A DNA stretch of 64,000 nucleotides from an uncultured Oscillospiraceae bacterium (lineage in GTDB: Bacteria; Bacillota; Clostridia; Oscillospirales; Oscillospiraceae): the NCBI GenBank assembly GCA_900763675.1, contig CAAFLE010000104.1:9599-73598 (forward strand), read 5' to 3'. Positions 26,368 through 36,713 of this stretch are shown here, in pieces; the stretch's first letter is position 1, and every line of letters begins with the position of its first letter. A program made the position numbers and the translations under genes. Under the pieces are notes generated by a model. It was given only the letters and a program-made list of their open reading frames with translations, ran no database searches and had not been told where the DNA came from.

Positions 26368-27480
26368 ATGGAACAGAAACGAAAGCTTGTTCTGATGGGG
26401 AACGACGCGGTGGGCGAAGCGGCACTGCGATGCGGCTGCACGTTTTTCGCCGGCTATCCGATTTCACCGCAGACGCAGATTCTGGACTATCTGGCGCGGG
26501 AAATGCCGAAGCGCGGCTGCACCTTTCTTCAGGCAGACAGCGAGCTTGGCGCAATCAACATGGTCATCGGCGCTTCCATCGCGGGCGCAAGAGCGCTTAC
26601 GGTTTCCTCCAGCACGGGACTGGCGCTGATGTACGAGGCGTTTGCCGCCGCGGCAGACGGCGAATTCCCCATGGTGATCATGGATGTGACGCGGGAAGGC
26701 GCGGCGCAGACCGGCATCAAGGCGTCGCAGAGCGATTACAATATGCTGACAAAATCTTTCGGCGACGGCGGACTTCGCGTGCCGGTGCTGACGCCCTCCA
26801 CGGTGCAGGAGCTGGCAGAGCTTGTCGGTCTGGCGTTTGACATGGCGGACCGTTATCGCACTCCGGTCGTGATTATGACCGAGCCGACTACGGCGCAGAC
26901 CATCGAGGCAGTCGATTTCGACCGTGTCATGCCGGACAAGCATTACGACAAAACGCCGTATACGCCGTCCGGACGCGATACCCGTCCCATTCCCGGTTCG
27001 CTGTATGTACAGGACAGCCCGCACCACTTCGGCACCGAGCTTGGACCGGAAACGATGAACATCTATAATATGCGTCATTTCCAGGCGCTTGCCGACAAGC
27101 ACGAAGAGATCGGCAGAAAGGAAATGATCTGCGAAGAGTACATGATGGACGACGCAGAATATGTCATCGCCGCGTTCGGCGCTCCTGCCCGTTACGGAAT
27201 CGACGCCGTCCGCGAGCTTCGTGCGGAGGGCTGGAAAGTCGGCATGATCCGTCCGGTCATGATCTCTCCGTTCCCGGAGAATGTGTTCGCCGGACTTGCC
27301 CCGGAGCGGATCAAAGGCGTTCTCGCGGTGGAAATGTGCATTCCCAAGGCATTCTACCATGACGTCCGGGAGTTTGTCCCCGACGCGATCCCGGTCTGGA
27401 GCTGTGCGACAGCCGGCGGAATCATTGCCGATTGCGACCGGATTGAAGAAGCGTTCCGCGCCTGCGCCGGCCGCGGTTAA
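26368..27480 (+). CDS. 2-oxoacid:ferredoxin oxidoreductase alpha subunit
   Basis: MGNDAVGEAALRCGCTFFAGYPISPQT is the typical N-terminus of POR/KOR/VOR alpha subunits. The ATG at 26368 is used; the track start at 26245 overlaps the delta gene. Confidence 0.9.
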   Translation: MEQKRKLVLMGNDAVGEAALRCGCTFFAGYPISPQTQILDYLAREMPKRGCTFLQADSELGAINMVIGASIAGARALTVSSSTGLALMYEAFAAAADGEFPMVIMDVTREGAAQTGIKASQSDYNMLTKSFGDGGLRVPVLTPSTVQELAELVGLAFDMADRYRTPVVIMTEPTTAQTIEAVDFDRVMPDKHYDKTPYTPSGRDTRPIPGSLYVQDSPHHFGTELGPETMNIYNMRHFQALADKHEEIGRKEMICEEYMMDDAEYVIAAFGAPARYGIDAVRELRAEGWKVGMIRPVMISPFPENVFAGLAPERIKGVLAVEMCIPKAFYHDVREFVPDAIPVWSCATAGGIIADCDRIEEAFRACAGRG

Positions 27481-27494
27481 GGGAGGAAGAAAAA

Positions 27495-28235
27495 ATGGAA
27501 ATGAAAGCTGTGTATTCCCGTCCCAAATATCTCCGTCCCATGCTTACGTATTACTGCGCCGGCTGCCAGCACGGCATCGTATCCAAGCTGCTGACGGAAC
27601 TGGCGGAGGAGATGGACATTGCCGGAAACCTCGCCGTGTGCTACGGCATCGGATGCTATGTCGCAGGACTGATGAATGTGGACCTCGATATGTTTCCGGC
27701 GCTTCACGGACGCGGCTGCGCCGTGGCGACCGGCTTCAAGCGCTGCCGTCCGGAACAGCTCGTCATCACCTATCAGGGGGACGGCGACTGCGCGTCGATC
27801 GGTCTGGGCGATACGCTGCAGGCGGCGGCACGCGGCGAAAACATCACCACCATCATGGTGAATAACCAGAACTACGGCTGCACCGGCGGACAGCTTGCCC
27901 CGACGACGCCGCTGGGGATGGTCACCAATACCTCGCCTTACGGACGCAGCGTGGAAGCGCAGGGATACCCCATCCATATGGCGGAGCTGGTTGCGCAGAT
28001 GGACGGCTGCCGGTTTGCCGCCCGCGGCGCACTGACGACACCGGCGCAGATCCGCAAGTCCAAGGAATATCTCCGCCGCGCCATTACATTGCAGCAGCAG
28101 GGACAGGGCTACACGTTCGTGGAGCTTCTCAGCGCCTGCCCCTCTACATACAAGGTACCCTTTGATCAGGTTCGGGAGTTTCAGGAGAAGAACGTGTTCC
28201 CGATCTTTGAGCAGGGCGTTTTCAAGGACGAATAA
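27495..28235 (+). CDS. 2-oxoacid:ferredoxin oxidoreductase beta subunit (TPP-binding)
   Basis: N-terminal Cys pair (YCAGCQHG) and the TPP motif GDGD...NN (YQGDGDCASIGLGDTLQAAARGENITTIMVNNQNYGCTGGQ). Confidence 0.9.
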   Translation: MEMKAVYSRPKYLRPMLTYYCAGCQHGIVSKLLTELAEEMDIAGNLAVCYGIGCYVAGLMNVDLDMFPALHGRGCAVATGFKRCRPEQLVITYQGDGDCASIGLGDTLQAAARGENITTIMVNNQNYGCTGGQLAPTTPLGMVTNTSPYGRSVEAQGYPIHMAELVAQMDGCRFAARGALTTPAQIRKSKEYLRRAITLQQQGQGYTFVELLSACPSTYKVPFDQVREFQEKNVFPIFEQGVFKDE

Positions 28236-28247
28236 AGGAGAGCGGCG

Positions 28248-28793
28248 ATGGAAAAAACGTTTTTTATCTCCGGCATCGGCGGGCAGGGCGTGCAGGTCCT
28301 CTGCAAGGTCCTCGCCACGGTTGTGGATGAATGCGGAATGAATATGTGCCTGTTCCCGTGGTATCAGGGGCAGCGCCGCGGCGGCGCAACGTTCGGTCGG
28401 CTCATCATTTCCGACGAACGTGTGGGAGCGCCGGAAAAGCGGCACTACGATGTCTGCGTATACCTTGACCCGGCGTCTCTGCGGGATTATGCGGATAAAC
28501 GCCGGAAAGGCGGTCTTGTCATCGCCAACACCGACCTCATGGAGCTTCCGGATTTTGACGACGTGACCGTAGTCGGCGCTCCGTTTTCCTCGACGGCGGA
28601 ATCCGCGGGCAACGAGCGCAGCTTCAATCTGGTCGTCGGCGGTTTTCTCGCGGCGTATACGAAGATCGTACCGGAAGAGAAGCTCCGCCGGGCGCTGCTG
28701 GAAAAAACGGCAAGAAACGAACAGCAGGCGGAGCTTTACGGTCGGGCTTTCGATATGGGCGTAGAGCTGGCGGAAGCAAACGCCGGGAACTGA
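28248..28793 (+). CDS. 2-oxoacid:ferredoxin oxidoreductase gamma subunit
   Basis: FFISGIGGQGV is the N-terminus typical of the POR/KOR gamma family. It follows beta directly, with AAAGGAG as SD. Confidence 0.85.
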   Translation: MEKTFFISGIGGQGVQVLCKVLATVVDECGMNMCLFPWYQGQRRGGATFGRLIISDERVGAPEKRHYDVCVYLDPASLRDYADKRRKGGLVIANTDLMELPDFDDVTVVGAPFSSTAESAGNERSFNLVVGGFLAAYTKIVPEEKLRRALLEKTARNEQQAELYGRAFDMGVELAEANAGN

Positions 28794-28809
28794 AACAGGA
28801 GGCGAGTAT

Positions 28810-30912
28810 ATGCTGGACAAGCTGTTTAAACCACAGAGCGTCGCGCTCATCGGCGCGAGCGACCGTCCCGGCTCTTTCGGCTGCGACGCGGCGAAAAGCC
28901 TTATGAAAAGTCACGAGAAGCTGCGGTTTTATTTCATCAACCAGCGCAAGAGCGAAATATTCGGCATCCGGACGTACCCGCTGCTGGCAGAGCTGCCGGA
29001 GGTACCGGAGCTTGTGCTGATCGCAACCCCGGCATCGACGGTAAACGGACTCATCCGCGACGCGGCACAGCGCGGCGTGCGCGACTTTATCGTCTACTCC
29101 AGCGGCTTTGCGGAGGATCACCGCTGCAACGGCGAACAGATGGAGCGGGAACTGGAAGCGCTTGCCGGAGAGTACGGGCTGCGCATCGTCGGACCGAACT
29201 GCTGCGGAATATTCAACAACTCGGACGGACTGTCCCTCTGGGGCAGCACGGGGAACTATCAGCTCGGGCGCGAACGCGGCGCGGCGGTTCTCGGTCATTC
29301 CGGCGGATATACCATGGGCGGCATGGATCGCCCGTGGGTGGGCATTACGTATGGTATCTCCGGCGGCAACGGCAGCATCGTTTCGCAGGAGGAACTGGCG
29401 GAATACTGCGTGGACGACCCGGAAACAAAGCTCCTGTGTATGTACATGGAGGGGATAAAGAAGCCGGAGGTCGTGTACCGGCTCTTCAAAAAATGCATCG
29501 ACCGGAAGGTTCCGTGCGTTGTTCTCAAATCCGGGCGGAGCCGTAAGGGCGCGATCTCTGCATCCTCGCATACCGGGAATCTGGCCGGCTCCTATGAATC
29601 CTTCCGTGCCGTGTTCGACAAGTACGGCGTTCTCTCCCCGGACGGGGTGGAGGAATACTACGGTCTGGAATCGGTGCTGGATACGCTCAAAGGAAATCTC
29701 CCGCGCAGCAACCGGTTTGCCATTGTCTGCCGGTCCGGCGGCGAAGCGACCATGAGCGCCGATCTTGCGGAGCGGCACGGGCTGTTTCTTCCGGATATTA
29801 CGCCGGAGACGCAAAGCCGGATCAACGCCATGATGCCGGATTTCGGTACGGCAAAAAACCCGCTGGATATGACGGCGGGACTGCTGGGGGATCCTGCGAA
29901 GCTGAGCGCAACGCTCAATCTCCTCGCGGAGGACCCGAACATCGACGCGATGATCGTGGCGTTCGATTTTGCCGAGCTGGATCTGGACCTCGGCTATGAT
30001 ATGAACACCTTCCTCGGAAATCCCGTGCTGGAATGCGCGGCAAAGCATCCGGATGTGCCGATCTTTGTCATGCCGCAGTATGAGCAGAAGCGCAATCTGG
30101 ATTGGCGCATGAAGCTCCGGGCGGCGGGCGTGCCGATCCTTCCCCCGGCGGAAATCGGCTATAAGCTGATCGGGACGCTGATCCGATTCATGGAATACGA
30201 TCCGTCGACGCACCGGCTGGAATGGGCGGTGCCGGACCGCTATCCGGAAAATGCGAAGCCGATGTCGGAGTACGACAGCAAACGGGAGCTTTCCCGTGCC
30301 GGGATTCCCGTTCCGGAGCAGACCGTCGTGCGAAGCGCGGAAGAGCTGCGCGATGCCTGCCGGGCGTTCGGCTACCCGCTGGTGCTGAAAATCAACTCCC
30401 CCGACATTCTCCACAAAACGGAGGCAGGCGGCGTCCGGCTGAATATCCGCACGCCGGAGGAAGCCGAAAAAGCCTATGACGGCATCCTCTCCGCCTGCCG
30501 GACGTATGCGCCCGATGCACGGCTGGACGGCGTTCTTGTGCAGAAAATGGCGCCCAGCGGCGCGGAGGTCATTCTCGGCGTGAAAAATGACCGGCAGCTC
30601 GGACCGCTGCTGCTGGTCGGACTCGGCGGCGTATTCGTGGAGGTTTTCCGCGACACCGCTCTGATTCCCTGCCCAATCTCACTGGAGGAAGCCCACGCGC
30701 AGCTAAAAAAACTCCGCAGCTATAAGCTCCTTACCGGCTATCGCGGCAGCGCCCCGCTGGATACCGACGCTCTCGCAGAGCTGATGGTTAAGGTCTCTGA
30801 ATATGCCGCCGCCAACAAAAACACTCTCAAGGAAATGGACATCAACCCGGTATACGTATACGAAAAAGGCAAAGGTCTCTGCGTAATCGACGCGCTCATT
30901 GTTAAGGAATAA
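28810..30912 (+). CDS. ADP-forming acyl-CoA synthetase (fused alpha/beta, ACD family)
   Basis: CoA-binding N-terminus (KPQSVALIGASDRPGSFG), a phosphohistidine loop (SASSHTGNLAGS) and a C-terminal ATP-grasp domain (YDSKRELSRAGIPVPE...FGYPLVLKINSPDILHKTEAGGVRLNI). Confidence 0.9.
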   Translation: MLDKLFKPQSVALIGASDRPGSFGCDAAKSLMKSHEKLRFYFINQRKSEIFGIRTYPLLAELPEVPELVLIATPASTVNGLIRDAAQRGVRDFIVYSSGFAEDHRCNGEQMERELEALAGEYGLRIVGPNCCGIFNNSDGLSLWGSTGNYQLGRERGAAVLGHSGGYTMGGMDRPWVGITYGISGGNGSIVSQEELAEYCVDDPETKLLCMYMEGIKKPEVVYRLFKKCIDRKVPCVVLKSGRSRKGAISASSHTGNLAGSYESFRAVFDKYGVLSPDGVEEYYGLESVLDTLKGNLPRSNRFAIVCRSGGEATMSADLAERHGLFLPDITPETQSRINAMMPDFGTAKNPLDMTAGLLGDPAKLSATLNLLAEDPNIDAMIVAFDFAELDLDLGYDMNTFLGNPVLECAAKHPDVPIFVMPQYEQKRNLDWRMKLRAAGVPILPPAEIGYKLIGTLIRFMEYDPSTHRLEWAVPDRYPENAKPMSEYDSKRELSRAGIPVPEQTVVRSAEELRDACRAFGYPLVLKINSPDILHKTEAGGVRLNIRTPEEAEKAYDGILSACRTYAPDARLDGVLVQKMAPSGAEVILGVKNDRQLGPLLLVGLGGVFVEVFRDTALIPCPISLEEAHAQLKKLRSYKLLTGYRGSAPLDTDALAELMVKVSEYAAANKNTLKEMDINPVYVYEKGKGLCVIDALIVKE

Positions 30913-30959
30913 TGCGGGAAAAGGAAACCCGCGTTAAAAAATTATGGGAGGGCAACACA

Positions 30960-32144
30960 ATGAAAAACGTGAAAAAAGGAGCATCCTTAGGCGCAATCAT
31001 CGGCGTAGCATTTGCTTTTATGACTACATTCTTCGGCGGCGGATGGGCGACGGGCGCACAGACCGGCGCATACGCGACGCAGCACGGCTGGACTGCGATC
31101 TGGGCGCCGCTGCTGGGCGTTGCGGGTATCTGCGCCGTGGGCTGGGTTATTGTGGAAATGGGTCGTCTGTACAATGTCTGGAACTACGGCGACTTCATGG
31201 AGCGCTTTTACGGCTCGAAAATCGTTAAGGTCATTTTCGACGTGATCCAGCTTTGCAGTATGCCGATTTCCTTCTCCGTGTGTACGGCGACGTTCGGCAG
31301 CACCATGTCGCAGGCGTGCGGCGGTTCGGTTCTGATGTGGACGATCGTATTTGCCATTTTGATCCTTGCCAGCGTTATCTGGGGTACCGCGATTGTCAAC
31401 AAGCTTGCCACCGTCATGGGTACGGCGATCCTGATCCTCCTTACGGTTATTTTCTTCTCCATCGTCTCGAATGGCGGCAGCTCGGTCGTTAACGAGATGA
31501 TCTCCGAGCGCGTCATGTACACGAGCTATAAGGAAGCCATCTGGTGGGGCGGCGTGAAATTCACGATGCTCACGTCGGGTCTGGCGCTGTCGGTGCTGCC
31601 GTGCTATGAGCCTTTGCAGACCCGAAAGGATGTCACCAAGACCAGCCTGTTTGCTTTCCTGTTCTGCGGTCTTTTCTGCATCATCGTCTGCTTCAACGTT
31701 ATGTCCGGTATGCCTGAGGCGATCAAGAATTCCGTCCCGATGATGTACGTCATCGAGAAATACAATCTCCAGTGGCTCCGTCCCATCTATGTGATCATCG
31801 TGGATCTTGCCGTTCTGACGACGGCGAACGCCATGTGCAACGGCTACGGCCGCCGCTTCATGAACTTCAGCTTCCTCAAAGGCTGGAAGGCGAAGGACAT
31901 GACAAAGATGATCATCATCAGCTCCATCATCATTGTTCTGGGTGCCGCTATCGGTATGCTCGGTCTGAACTGGATCTTCTACAAGGCGTATAACTGGGTC
32001 GCCTTTATGAACACGCCGCTCGTCGCGCTGGGCATTCCGGTCGTCGGCATTGCCAAACTCATTCAGATCCGCCGCCGCGGCATCAGCATCGAGCGCGGTT
32101 CTCTGGCGGACAAGCCCTCCTGGTATATGTTCAAGAAACAGTAA
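30960..32144 (+). CDS. Polytopic membrane transporter (family not recognised)
   Basis: About 11 hydrophobic segments. GGGAGGG lies about 8 nt before the ATG at 30960. It sits inside the operon. Confidence 0.65.
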   Translation: MKNVKKGASLGAIIGVAFAFMTTFFGGGWATGAQTGAYATQHGWTAIWAPLLGVAGICAVGWVIVEMGRLYNVWNYGDFMERFYGSKIVKVIFDVIQLCSMPISFSVCTATFGSTMSQACGGSVLMWTIVFAILILASVIWGTAIVNKLATVMGTAILILLTVIFFSIVSNGGSSVVNEMISERVMYTSYKEAIWWGGVKFTMLTSGLALSVLPCYEPLQTRKDVTKTSLFAFLFCGLFCIIVCFNVMSGMPEAIKNSVPMMYVIEKYNLQWLRPIYVIIVDLAVLTTANAMCNGYGRRFMNFSFLKGWKAKDMTKMIIISSIIIVLGAAIGMLGLNWIFYKAYNWVAFMNTPLVALGIPVVGIAKLIQIRRRGISIERGSLADKPSWYMFKKQ

Positions 32145-32193
32145 AGCGCCGTTCGGAAGCACTTACCGCAGCTGAAACAGAAAGGAGTTTTCC

Positions 32194-33444
32194 ATGCAGG
32201 AATACACTCTTGCACAAAACCGATGGTATGGAGACGAACCGGTCACGATCTCTCTGCCGGACGACTGGGATGTGCAGTTTCTTGCTTCACAGGGTGACGA
32301 GCGCAGCGCGTTGACCGCCGAACAGATCCGCGAGCGCTTCCGGCACCCCGTAGGCAGCAAAACCATCCGTGAGCTGGCGGAAAATGCGGAGCAGGTCGTC
32401 ATCGTATTTGACGACCTGACCCGAGGAACGCCGGTACAGCCGATCGCCGAAGCGGTACTGGAGGAGCTGCACGCCGCGGGCATTCCGAAAAACCATATCC
32501 GGTTTATCTGCGGCACGGGTCTGCACGGGGCGCACTCCCGCAATGATTTCGCCCGAAAGCTGGGCGAACGGATCATCCGGGAATACGCGGTTTTCAATCA
32601 CAATCCCTATGACAACTGCGCCGAGGTAGGCTTCACGCCGAACGGGATCCGCGTCAGTCTCAACCGGGAGTTTCTCTCGTGCGATCTGAAAATTGCCATC
32701 GGCGGCGTTGTGCCGCATCCGCTCAACGGCTTCGGCGGCGGCGGAAAGATCATTATGCCGGGCATTGCCTCCGCGGAGACGATCAACGGCACCCACGCCA
32801 CCAAAGTCAAAAGCTCCATGTCCGGCGGCAAAAATCCTCTTGCCGGAAGCGGCAACCTGTCGGACGATTCGTTCCGCTCCGAGGTGGAGGCGTGCTGCCG
32901 TCTGTCCGGACTGAACGTCGTGTGCGACGCGCTGCTCAATACCCGCTGCGAAATGTGGGAGCTTGTCGTGGGCGATCCGCTGGAGGCGTATTATGAGGCG
33001 GTGCGGCGTGCCGACGGTATGTACGGCGTGAAGCTCAGCGGACAAAAGAACGTTGTTATTGCCAACGCCAACGCCAAGGCGAGCGAAGCGGGCATTGCCA
33101 TGTATACCGGAATGATGGCGCTTCAGCCGCCCTGCGGCGATCTTGTTCTGGTAGACTTCACGCCGGGACAGTGCGTTCACTTCGGAAGCGGACCGATGGG
33201 CTTTTTGCCGGATATGGGCGGTCGCGCCTACAGCGGCATCCGGGACAGAATCCCGCTTATGAAGCGCCTGATCGTCTATTCGCCGTATCCGGACTATACC
33301 AGCGCCTGCTGGTTCTGCAAACCGGAGCAGATGATCTGGTGCGAAACGTGGGATGAGGTGCTTGCGCTGATTTCCGATAACGGACCGGGTACTACCGCCG
33401 CAATTTTCTCCGATGCAACCATACAATACATAGAACACGAATGA
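32194..33444 (+). CDS. LarA-family nickel-pincer-dependent 2-hydroxyacid racemase/epimerase homologue
   Basis: DUF2088/LarA-like blocks: ICGTGLHGAHS, then GGVVPHPLNGFGGGGKIIMPGIAS...NGTHA. From memory of LarA, these correspond to the His / PH...GG.K...H cofactor-binding and catalytic pattern. Confidence 0.75.
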   Translation: MQEYTLAQNRWYGDEPVTISLPDDWDVQFLASQGDERSALTAEQIRERFRHPVGSKTIRELAENAEQVVIVFDDLTRGTPVQPIAEAVLEELHAAGIPKNHIRFICGTGLHGAHSRNDFARKLGERIIREYAVFNHNPYDNCAEVGFTPNGIRVSLNREFLSCDLKIAIGGVVPHPLNGFGGGGKIIMPGIASAETINGTHATKVKSSMSGGKNPLAGSGNLSDDSFRSEVEACCRLSGLNVVCDALLNTRCEMWELVVGDPLEAYYEAVRRADGMYGVKLSGQKNVVIANANAKASEAGIAMYTGMMALQPPCGDLVLVDFTPGQCVHFGSGPMGFLPDMGGRAYSGIRDRIPLMKRLIVYSPYPDYTSACWFCKPEQMIWCETWDEVLALISDNGPGTTAAIFSDATIQYIEHE

Positions 33445-33481
33445 ATAACACATCGTCCCATGGACGGAAAGGAGCAACCCC

Positions 33482-35182
33482 ATGAGAAGCGACATTATGA
33501 AGAACGGCACCGAGCGTACCCTTTCCCGACTGCTGATGCAGGCGGGCGGACTTACCAAAGAACAGGTCAGCAAGCCTCTGATCGGCGTCATCGGTTCCTA
33601 CACCAACCTCTTCACCGGTCATGCGCTGCTCGATCGGATCAGCAACTGGGTACAGGAGGGCATCCTGATGGCGGGAGGCACCCCGGCGGTGTCCAACACA
33701 ATTGCCCTGTGCGACGGCATGGCGGAAAATACGCCGGGTATGCGTTATCCGCTGCCCAGCCGCGATATTATCTGCAATTCCGTGGAAGCCTTCGTTGAGG
33801 GACATTCGCTGGACGGTCTCGTGTGCATTGCCAACTGCGACAAGATCGTTCCCGGTATGCTGATGGCGATCATGCGCCTGAACATCCCTGCCATCTTTAT
33901 CTCCGGCGGTCCCTCGGCTCCTCCCGAGAACGGCTATGACGACGGCAAAGCGTTTGCCGATCTCATGAGCGCCGCGGCGCTGGGCGTCGATGCAATCACC
34001 AACGAAATGCAGAACAATACCTGCGGACCCTGCCCGGGCTGCAACTGCGGCATGGGTACGGCGGTCTCCATGCAGTTCCTCTCGGAAGTCATGGGTCTTG
34101 CGCCCATGGGCAACGGCACCGTTCCCACGTACTACAACGACCGTACCTATATGGCGAAATGGACCGGTCAGCGTATCGTGGAGATGGTTCGCGAGGATCT
34201 GAAGCCCCGCGACATCGTCACGCGGGAAACATTCAAAAATGCGCTGCGCGTCGATATGATGATGGGCTGCTCCACCAATACCGCACTCCACCTGCCCGCA
34301 ATCGCCGCGGAGGCGGGCTACAGTCTGACGCTGGAGGACTTCCGCCGCGCCAGCCGTTCCACGCCGCAGATCGTCAAGCTCTATCCGAGCAACAACCCGC
34401 ACTCCGTAGAGGACTTCCGCCGTGCCGGAGCGCTCGCCGCGGTCATTCGTCAGGGCATCGACGCCGGATACCTCAACGGCAGCACCGGCACCATTTACGG
34501 CAAGACTCTGGATGAGATGACCAAGGACGCCAAGGTCAAGAATACCAGCGTGATCCATCCCTTTGATAATCCGTACTATAAAGAAGGCGGTCTTGCCGTT
34601 CTTCGCGGCAATCTTGCGCCGGACGGCTGCGTCATCAAGACCGGCGGCGTTGTTCCGGAAATGCTGGAGCATACCGGTCGTGCCGTCTGCTATGACAGCG
34701 AAATAGCCTTCTATGACGAGGTCGTTGCCGGTAAGAGCCGTCTGAAGCCCGGCGACTGCGTTGTCATCCGTTACGAAGGACCCGTGGCGGGACCCGGTAT
34801 GCGCGAAATGCTGACCGCGACGCATATGGTGCGCAGTCTCGGACTTTCCAGCACCGTGTCTCTCATCACGGACGGGCGCTTCTCCGGCGGCTCCGTCGGC
34901 GGCGTGATCGGTCATGTTTCGCCGGAAGCCTGCAAGGGCGGTCTCATCGGTCTCATTGAGGACGGCGACATCATCGAGTACAGCATCCCCAAGGGAACCA
35001 TTGAACTGAAAGTCGATGAAGCGACGCTCGCAGAGCGCCGCGCCAAGTGGGTCTGCCCGCCGCCGAAATTCAAAACCGGTCTGCTTGCCCAGTATGCGGC
35101 TCTGGCAGCGCCCGCTCCGCTCGGCGCCCGCATGATCGGCGATATGAGCAGTCTGGACGATCTCGTGCCGGTTGATTTCTGA
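33482..35182 (+). CDS. IlvD/Edd-family dehydratase
   Basis: MRSD..KNG, PLIGVIGSYTNLFTGH, CDGMA, ANCDKIVPGMLMA, CGMGTA and VVIRYEGP.GGPGMREML-type blocks, followed by ITDGRFSGG. Confidence 0.9.
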   Translation: MRSDIMKNGTERTLSRLLMQAGGLTKEQVSKPLIGVIGSYTNLFTGHALLDRISNWVQEGILMAGGTPAVSNTIALCDGMAENTPGMRYPLPSRDIICNSVEAFVEGHSLDGLVCIANCDKIVPGMLMAIMRLNIPAIFISGGPSAPPENGYDDGKAFADLMSAAALGVDAITNEMQNNTCGPCPGCNCGMGTAVSMQFLSEVMGLAPMGNGTVPTYYNDRTYMAKWTGQRIVEMVREDLKPRDIVTRETFKNALRVDMMMGCSTNTALHLPAIAAEAGYSLTLEDFRRASRSTPQIVKLYPSNNPHSVEDFRRAGALAAVIRQGIDAGYLNGSTGTIYGKTLDEMTKDAKVKNTSVIHPFDNPYYKEGGLAVLRGNLAPDGCVIKTGGVVPEMLEHTGRAVCYDSEIAFYDEVVAGKSRLKPGDCVVIRYEGPVAGPGMREMLTATHMVRSLGLSSTVSLITDGRFSGGSVGGVIGHVSPEACKGGLIGLIEDGDIIEYSIPKGTIELKVDEATLAERRAKWVCPPPKFKTGLLAQYAALAAPAPLGARMIGDMSSLDDLVPVDF

Positions 35183-35306
35183 TTTTATAAACCCTCTCTG
35201 TGCTTCTGCTCCTCCGGCAATGCCGGAGGAGCAGAAAAAACTTCCCACATATGGCGCGGAGCTTGTCCGATGCCCGTCGTCAGCCATTGGCAAGGAGGTG
35301 GCGCTT

Positions 35307-36713
35307 ATGCACCCGGAGAAAAAACTGTGGCTCCATTTTCTCCCGGTTCTCACCGCTGCGGTCGTGATCACACTGCTGAGCATGATCACCAGCGTCGGCA
35401 TACCGTATATCACAGATTCGTTCGGGCTGACCAGCCGTCAGGCCCCGTGGATCAATACGGCAGGTACGATGGCGAGCGCCGTTCTTGCCCCTTTGCTTGG
35501 CTGGACAGGCGACCGCCGCGGCATTCGGGCGCAGCTCCTTATCGGTATTTTCTGCGCTGTCGTTTCCAATCTCATCTGCGCCTTTACCGGCACCTTTTTA
35601 CTGTTCTGCTTCGGACGTTTTCTTGGCGGGATCGGTCTTGCCGCCGCGCTTCCCGCGGCAATGAAGTATATCTCTCTCCAATTCCCGGAAGAAAAAAAGG
35701 TGGGCGGATTTGCCGTACTGGCGGCGTGCATTTGTCTCGGCTCAGGGCTTGGACCGGCAGTCGTCGGGCTGGCGCTCTCAAAAATCGCGTGGAGAAGTCT
35801 CTTTCTTCTCAGTGAAATTCCGCTGGCGCTGCTCGGCCTGTGCGTCTGGCTCACTGTTTCCAGTCCGTATGGAGAGCCGCGGCGTAGCAAGCCGGATGCT
35901 GCCGGTATGACGCTGCTCTTTTTCGGCGTCGGTGCGCTGCTGGCACTTTTAACGCTTACGACGCAGTATTCATGGAACGGCATTCTTCTTCCGGCGCTGC
36001 TTGCGGTGAGTCTTATATGTCTGGTATGCTTCTACCGGAGGGAAAAGAAAACGGCCGAACCGGTGCTGGATGTTTCGCTGCTGATAAACCGGCGCTTTAT
36101 CATCCCGGCGCTTACCGGCTTTTTCATTTACGGCGTAAAATGTTATTGCTGCACCGCCGTTCCGTATTACTTTACTCAGGGACTTCATCTCCCTTCCACG
36201 GTTTCCGGGAGCTGGCTGACGGTGTACTTCCTGTCGGGCTTCCCGCTTTCGCTGGGGCTGAACCGGCTCAACCGCCGCTTTACGACGCGAGCGCTGGCGG
36301 TGTTCGGGGCGGCGACATGGCTGGTAAGCATGGGGATGCTGGTTCTGTCCTCGGCAGATACGCCGCTCTGGGTTTTCTTCCTGTCCGCCGTGATTTCCAG
36401 TGTCGGCATTGCCATCCTTGGCGGTATGCCCAATGCCTGTGCGCTGAAAACCGTACCGGCGGAGCGATCCGGCGCAGCTTCCGGCGCCATTTCCACGATC
36501 TCCAATCTGGGCGCTGCCATGATCTCCGCCGTGCTGATCCCTCTTTTGAGCGTGATAGACAGCCGCGGCGGCGTGCCGGACTATGCCGCCTCCTTTCCTA
36601 AAACCTCTCTTATTATGCTGGGGATTCTTGCGGTGTGCTTCTTCCTCTCGTTTTTCTTCCCGGCAAACAAAAGCTCCGGCATACCGGAGACAAAGGAATG
36701 TGACGGACTATGA
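35307..36713 (+). CDS. MFS transporter (14-TM DHA2-like)
   Basis: Repeated hydrophobic segments and the MFS loop GWTGDRRGIRA. AAGGAGG precedes the ATG at 35307. Confidence 0.8.
   Translation: MHPEKKLWLHFLPVLTAAVVITLLSMITSVGIPYITDSFGLTSRQAPWINTAGTMASAVLAPLLGWTGDRRGIRAQLLIGIFCAVVSNLICAFTGTFLLFCFGRFLGGIGLAAALPAAMKYISLQFPEEKKVGGFAVLAACICLGSGLGPAVVGLALSKIAWRSLFLLSEIPLALLGLCVWLTVSSPYGEPRRSKPDAAGMTLLFFGVGALLALLTLTTQYSWNGILLPALLAVSLICLVCFYRREKKTAEPVLDVSLLINRRFIIPALTGFFIYGVKCYCCTAVPYYFTQGLHLPSTVSGSWLTVYFLSGFPLSLGLNRLNRRFTTRALAVFGAATWLVSMGMLVLSSADTPLWVFFLSAVISSVGIAILGGMPNACALKTVPAERSGAASGAISTISNLGAAMISAVLIPLLSVIDSRGGVPDYAASFPKTSLIMLGILAVCFFLSFFFPANKSSGIPETKECDGL

Noticed and set aside
28624-30414. 596-aa minus-strand ORF.
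   Set aside because: It is antisense to the ADP-forming acyl-CoA synthetase.
33392-35413. 673-aa minus-strand ORF.
   Set aside because: It is antisense to the IlvD/Edd dehydratase.
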